A stretch of 37,377 nucleotides of DNA, from the NCBI GenBank assembly GCA_964510025.1, contig CAZDZV010000013.1:1-37377 (forward strand), given 5' to 3'. The notes beneath the pieces were generated by a model. It did no database searches. It saw only the letters and a program-made list of their open reading frames with translations, and was not told where the DNA came from. The position numbers were made by a program, and so were the translations under genes. Positions 36,731 through 37,377 of this stretch are shown here, piece by piece. Numbering within the stretch: the stretch's first letter is position 1; each line of letters starts with the position of its first letter. The DNA is from an uncultured Methanosarcinales archaeon (GTDB taxonomy: Archaea; Nanobdellota; Nanobdellia; Woesearchaeales; DATDXC01).

Positions 36731-37377
36731 ATGGATATACAAGAATTAATTGCACGTGGTCGTTTTATCTTCAATGGCGCGCCCAAAAGACTTGATGCTT
36801 ACAGAGAAGTAAATGGGAGAAGAAATGCAAAAGAGATTTCGAAGAAAATTGGAAGGAACCTCTCTTCAACTCTAGCCGATCTTCAAAAAATTAAAGATAT
36901 TGGCTTAATACAGCTCAAAGAAGATGGACAAGGTAGACCAATAAAAAAGGATAATTCAATTATCTATGAAAAAACATCTCTAGCAAGATGCATTTCTTTA
37001 TCCTATTTTAAAGATCCAATTAAAGCCCAGAAATCTATTAAAAAATTCACTCCAAAAAGCAAAGGCAAAAAAATAGCGATAAATTATCCTGCATTTTTAT
37101 CAGAGACGGAAGTTATAGATATTTGCAGAACAGGGGAAGATCAAATACATGAATTTAAGGCTGCAGGAACTGATATTAAAAAAATAACTGAGGAAGTAGC
37201 AGCAATGCTCCATAATAGAGAAGGTGGTTTAATATTTTACGGAGTAGAAGATAATGGAGATATTACAGGTACGGATAAAAAAAGTCAAGATATGGATCAG
37301 CCATTACAAAATTCAATAAGGAATTCAATAGACCCCTCGCCCCCTGCGGTAAAACTTAAACAACTTACGGTTGCAGG
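36731..37377 (+). CDS. wHTH + Schlafen/AlbA_2-domain protein, partial (runs off the right end of the window)
   Basis: Translated by hand: MDIQELIARGRF...NAKEISKKIGRNLSSTLADLQKIKDIGLI (wHTH)...GEDQIHEFK...VAAMLHNREGGLIFYGVEDNGDITG (AlbA_2 signature). Confidence 0.88.
   Translation, partial: MDIQELIARGRFIFNGAPKRLDAYREVNGRRNAKEISKKIGRNLSSTLADLQKIKDIGLIQLKEDGQGRPIKKDNSIIYEKTSLARCISLSYFKDPIKAQKSIKKFTPKSKGKKIAINYPAFLSETEVIDICRTGEDQIHEFKAAGTDIKKITEEVAAMLHNREGGLIFYGVEDNGDITGTDKKSQDMDQPLQNSIRNSIDPSPPAVKLKQLTVA

Larger units (their letters stand above)
26266..37377. mobile_element. Recombinase-associated tandem gene-cassette array (C1 26266-27911, C2 27912-33106, C3 33107-34331, C4 34332-35284, C5 35285->37377)
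   Basis: AT-rich region next to a tyrosine recombinase. dif-like junctions occur between gene blocks, and each complete block is bounded by its own nested inverted repeats. Confidence 0.8.

Noticed and set aside
25705..37377. Classical integron (IntI + attC sites)
   Set aside because: The recombinase shows no IntI-specific insertion. AAC-containing ends are followed within a few bases by the next cassette rather than by an R''-L''-L'-R' attC hairpin, and cassettes have their own promoters and mixed orientation.
1..37377. CRISPR array or cas genes
   Set aside because: No regularly spaced direct repeats and no cas-like ORFs seen.

Overview
This 37.4-kb window is archaeal, most likely DPANN (Woesearchaeota-like). 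The evidence is tRNAs with bulge-helix-bulge introns, ribosomal protein eL41, AMP phosphorylase, PolB2, TTTATATA promoters and GGTGA Shine-Dalgarno motifs. The left ~24.8 kb is higher-GC backbone: radical SAM enzymes, a spermidine-synthase-like membrane protein, AMP phosphorylase, CBS proteins, a SET protein, three tRNAs (two carrying two introns each), a conserved paralog triplet, an NTase-HEPN protein, ParA, SRAP and a PolB2-nuclease fusion. The right ~12.5 kb is AT-rich. It starts with an intact tyrosine recombinase, followed by a tandem array of at least 5 gene cassettes carrying a surface protein, a Shedu-like nuclease plus type IIG R-M, MNT-HEPN, a membrane protein, and six small HTH paralogs plus a Schlafen/AlbA_2 protein. 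Cassettes are joined at dif-like sites (11-bp arm, 6-7-bp spacer, 11-bp arm). The two ends of each complete cassette are complementary to each other and extend inward as long, imperfect, nested inverted repeats decorated with bottom-strand GNA-loop mini-hairpins. This looks like an integron-like cassette-capture system that is not a classical integron, and it is the main finding.
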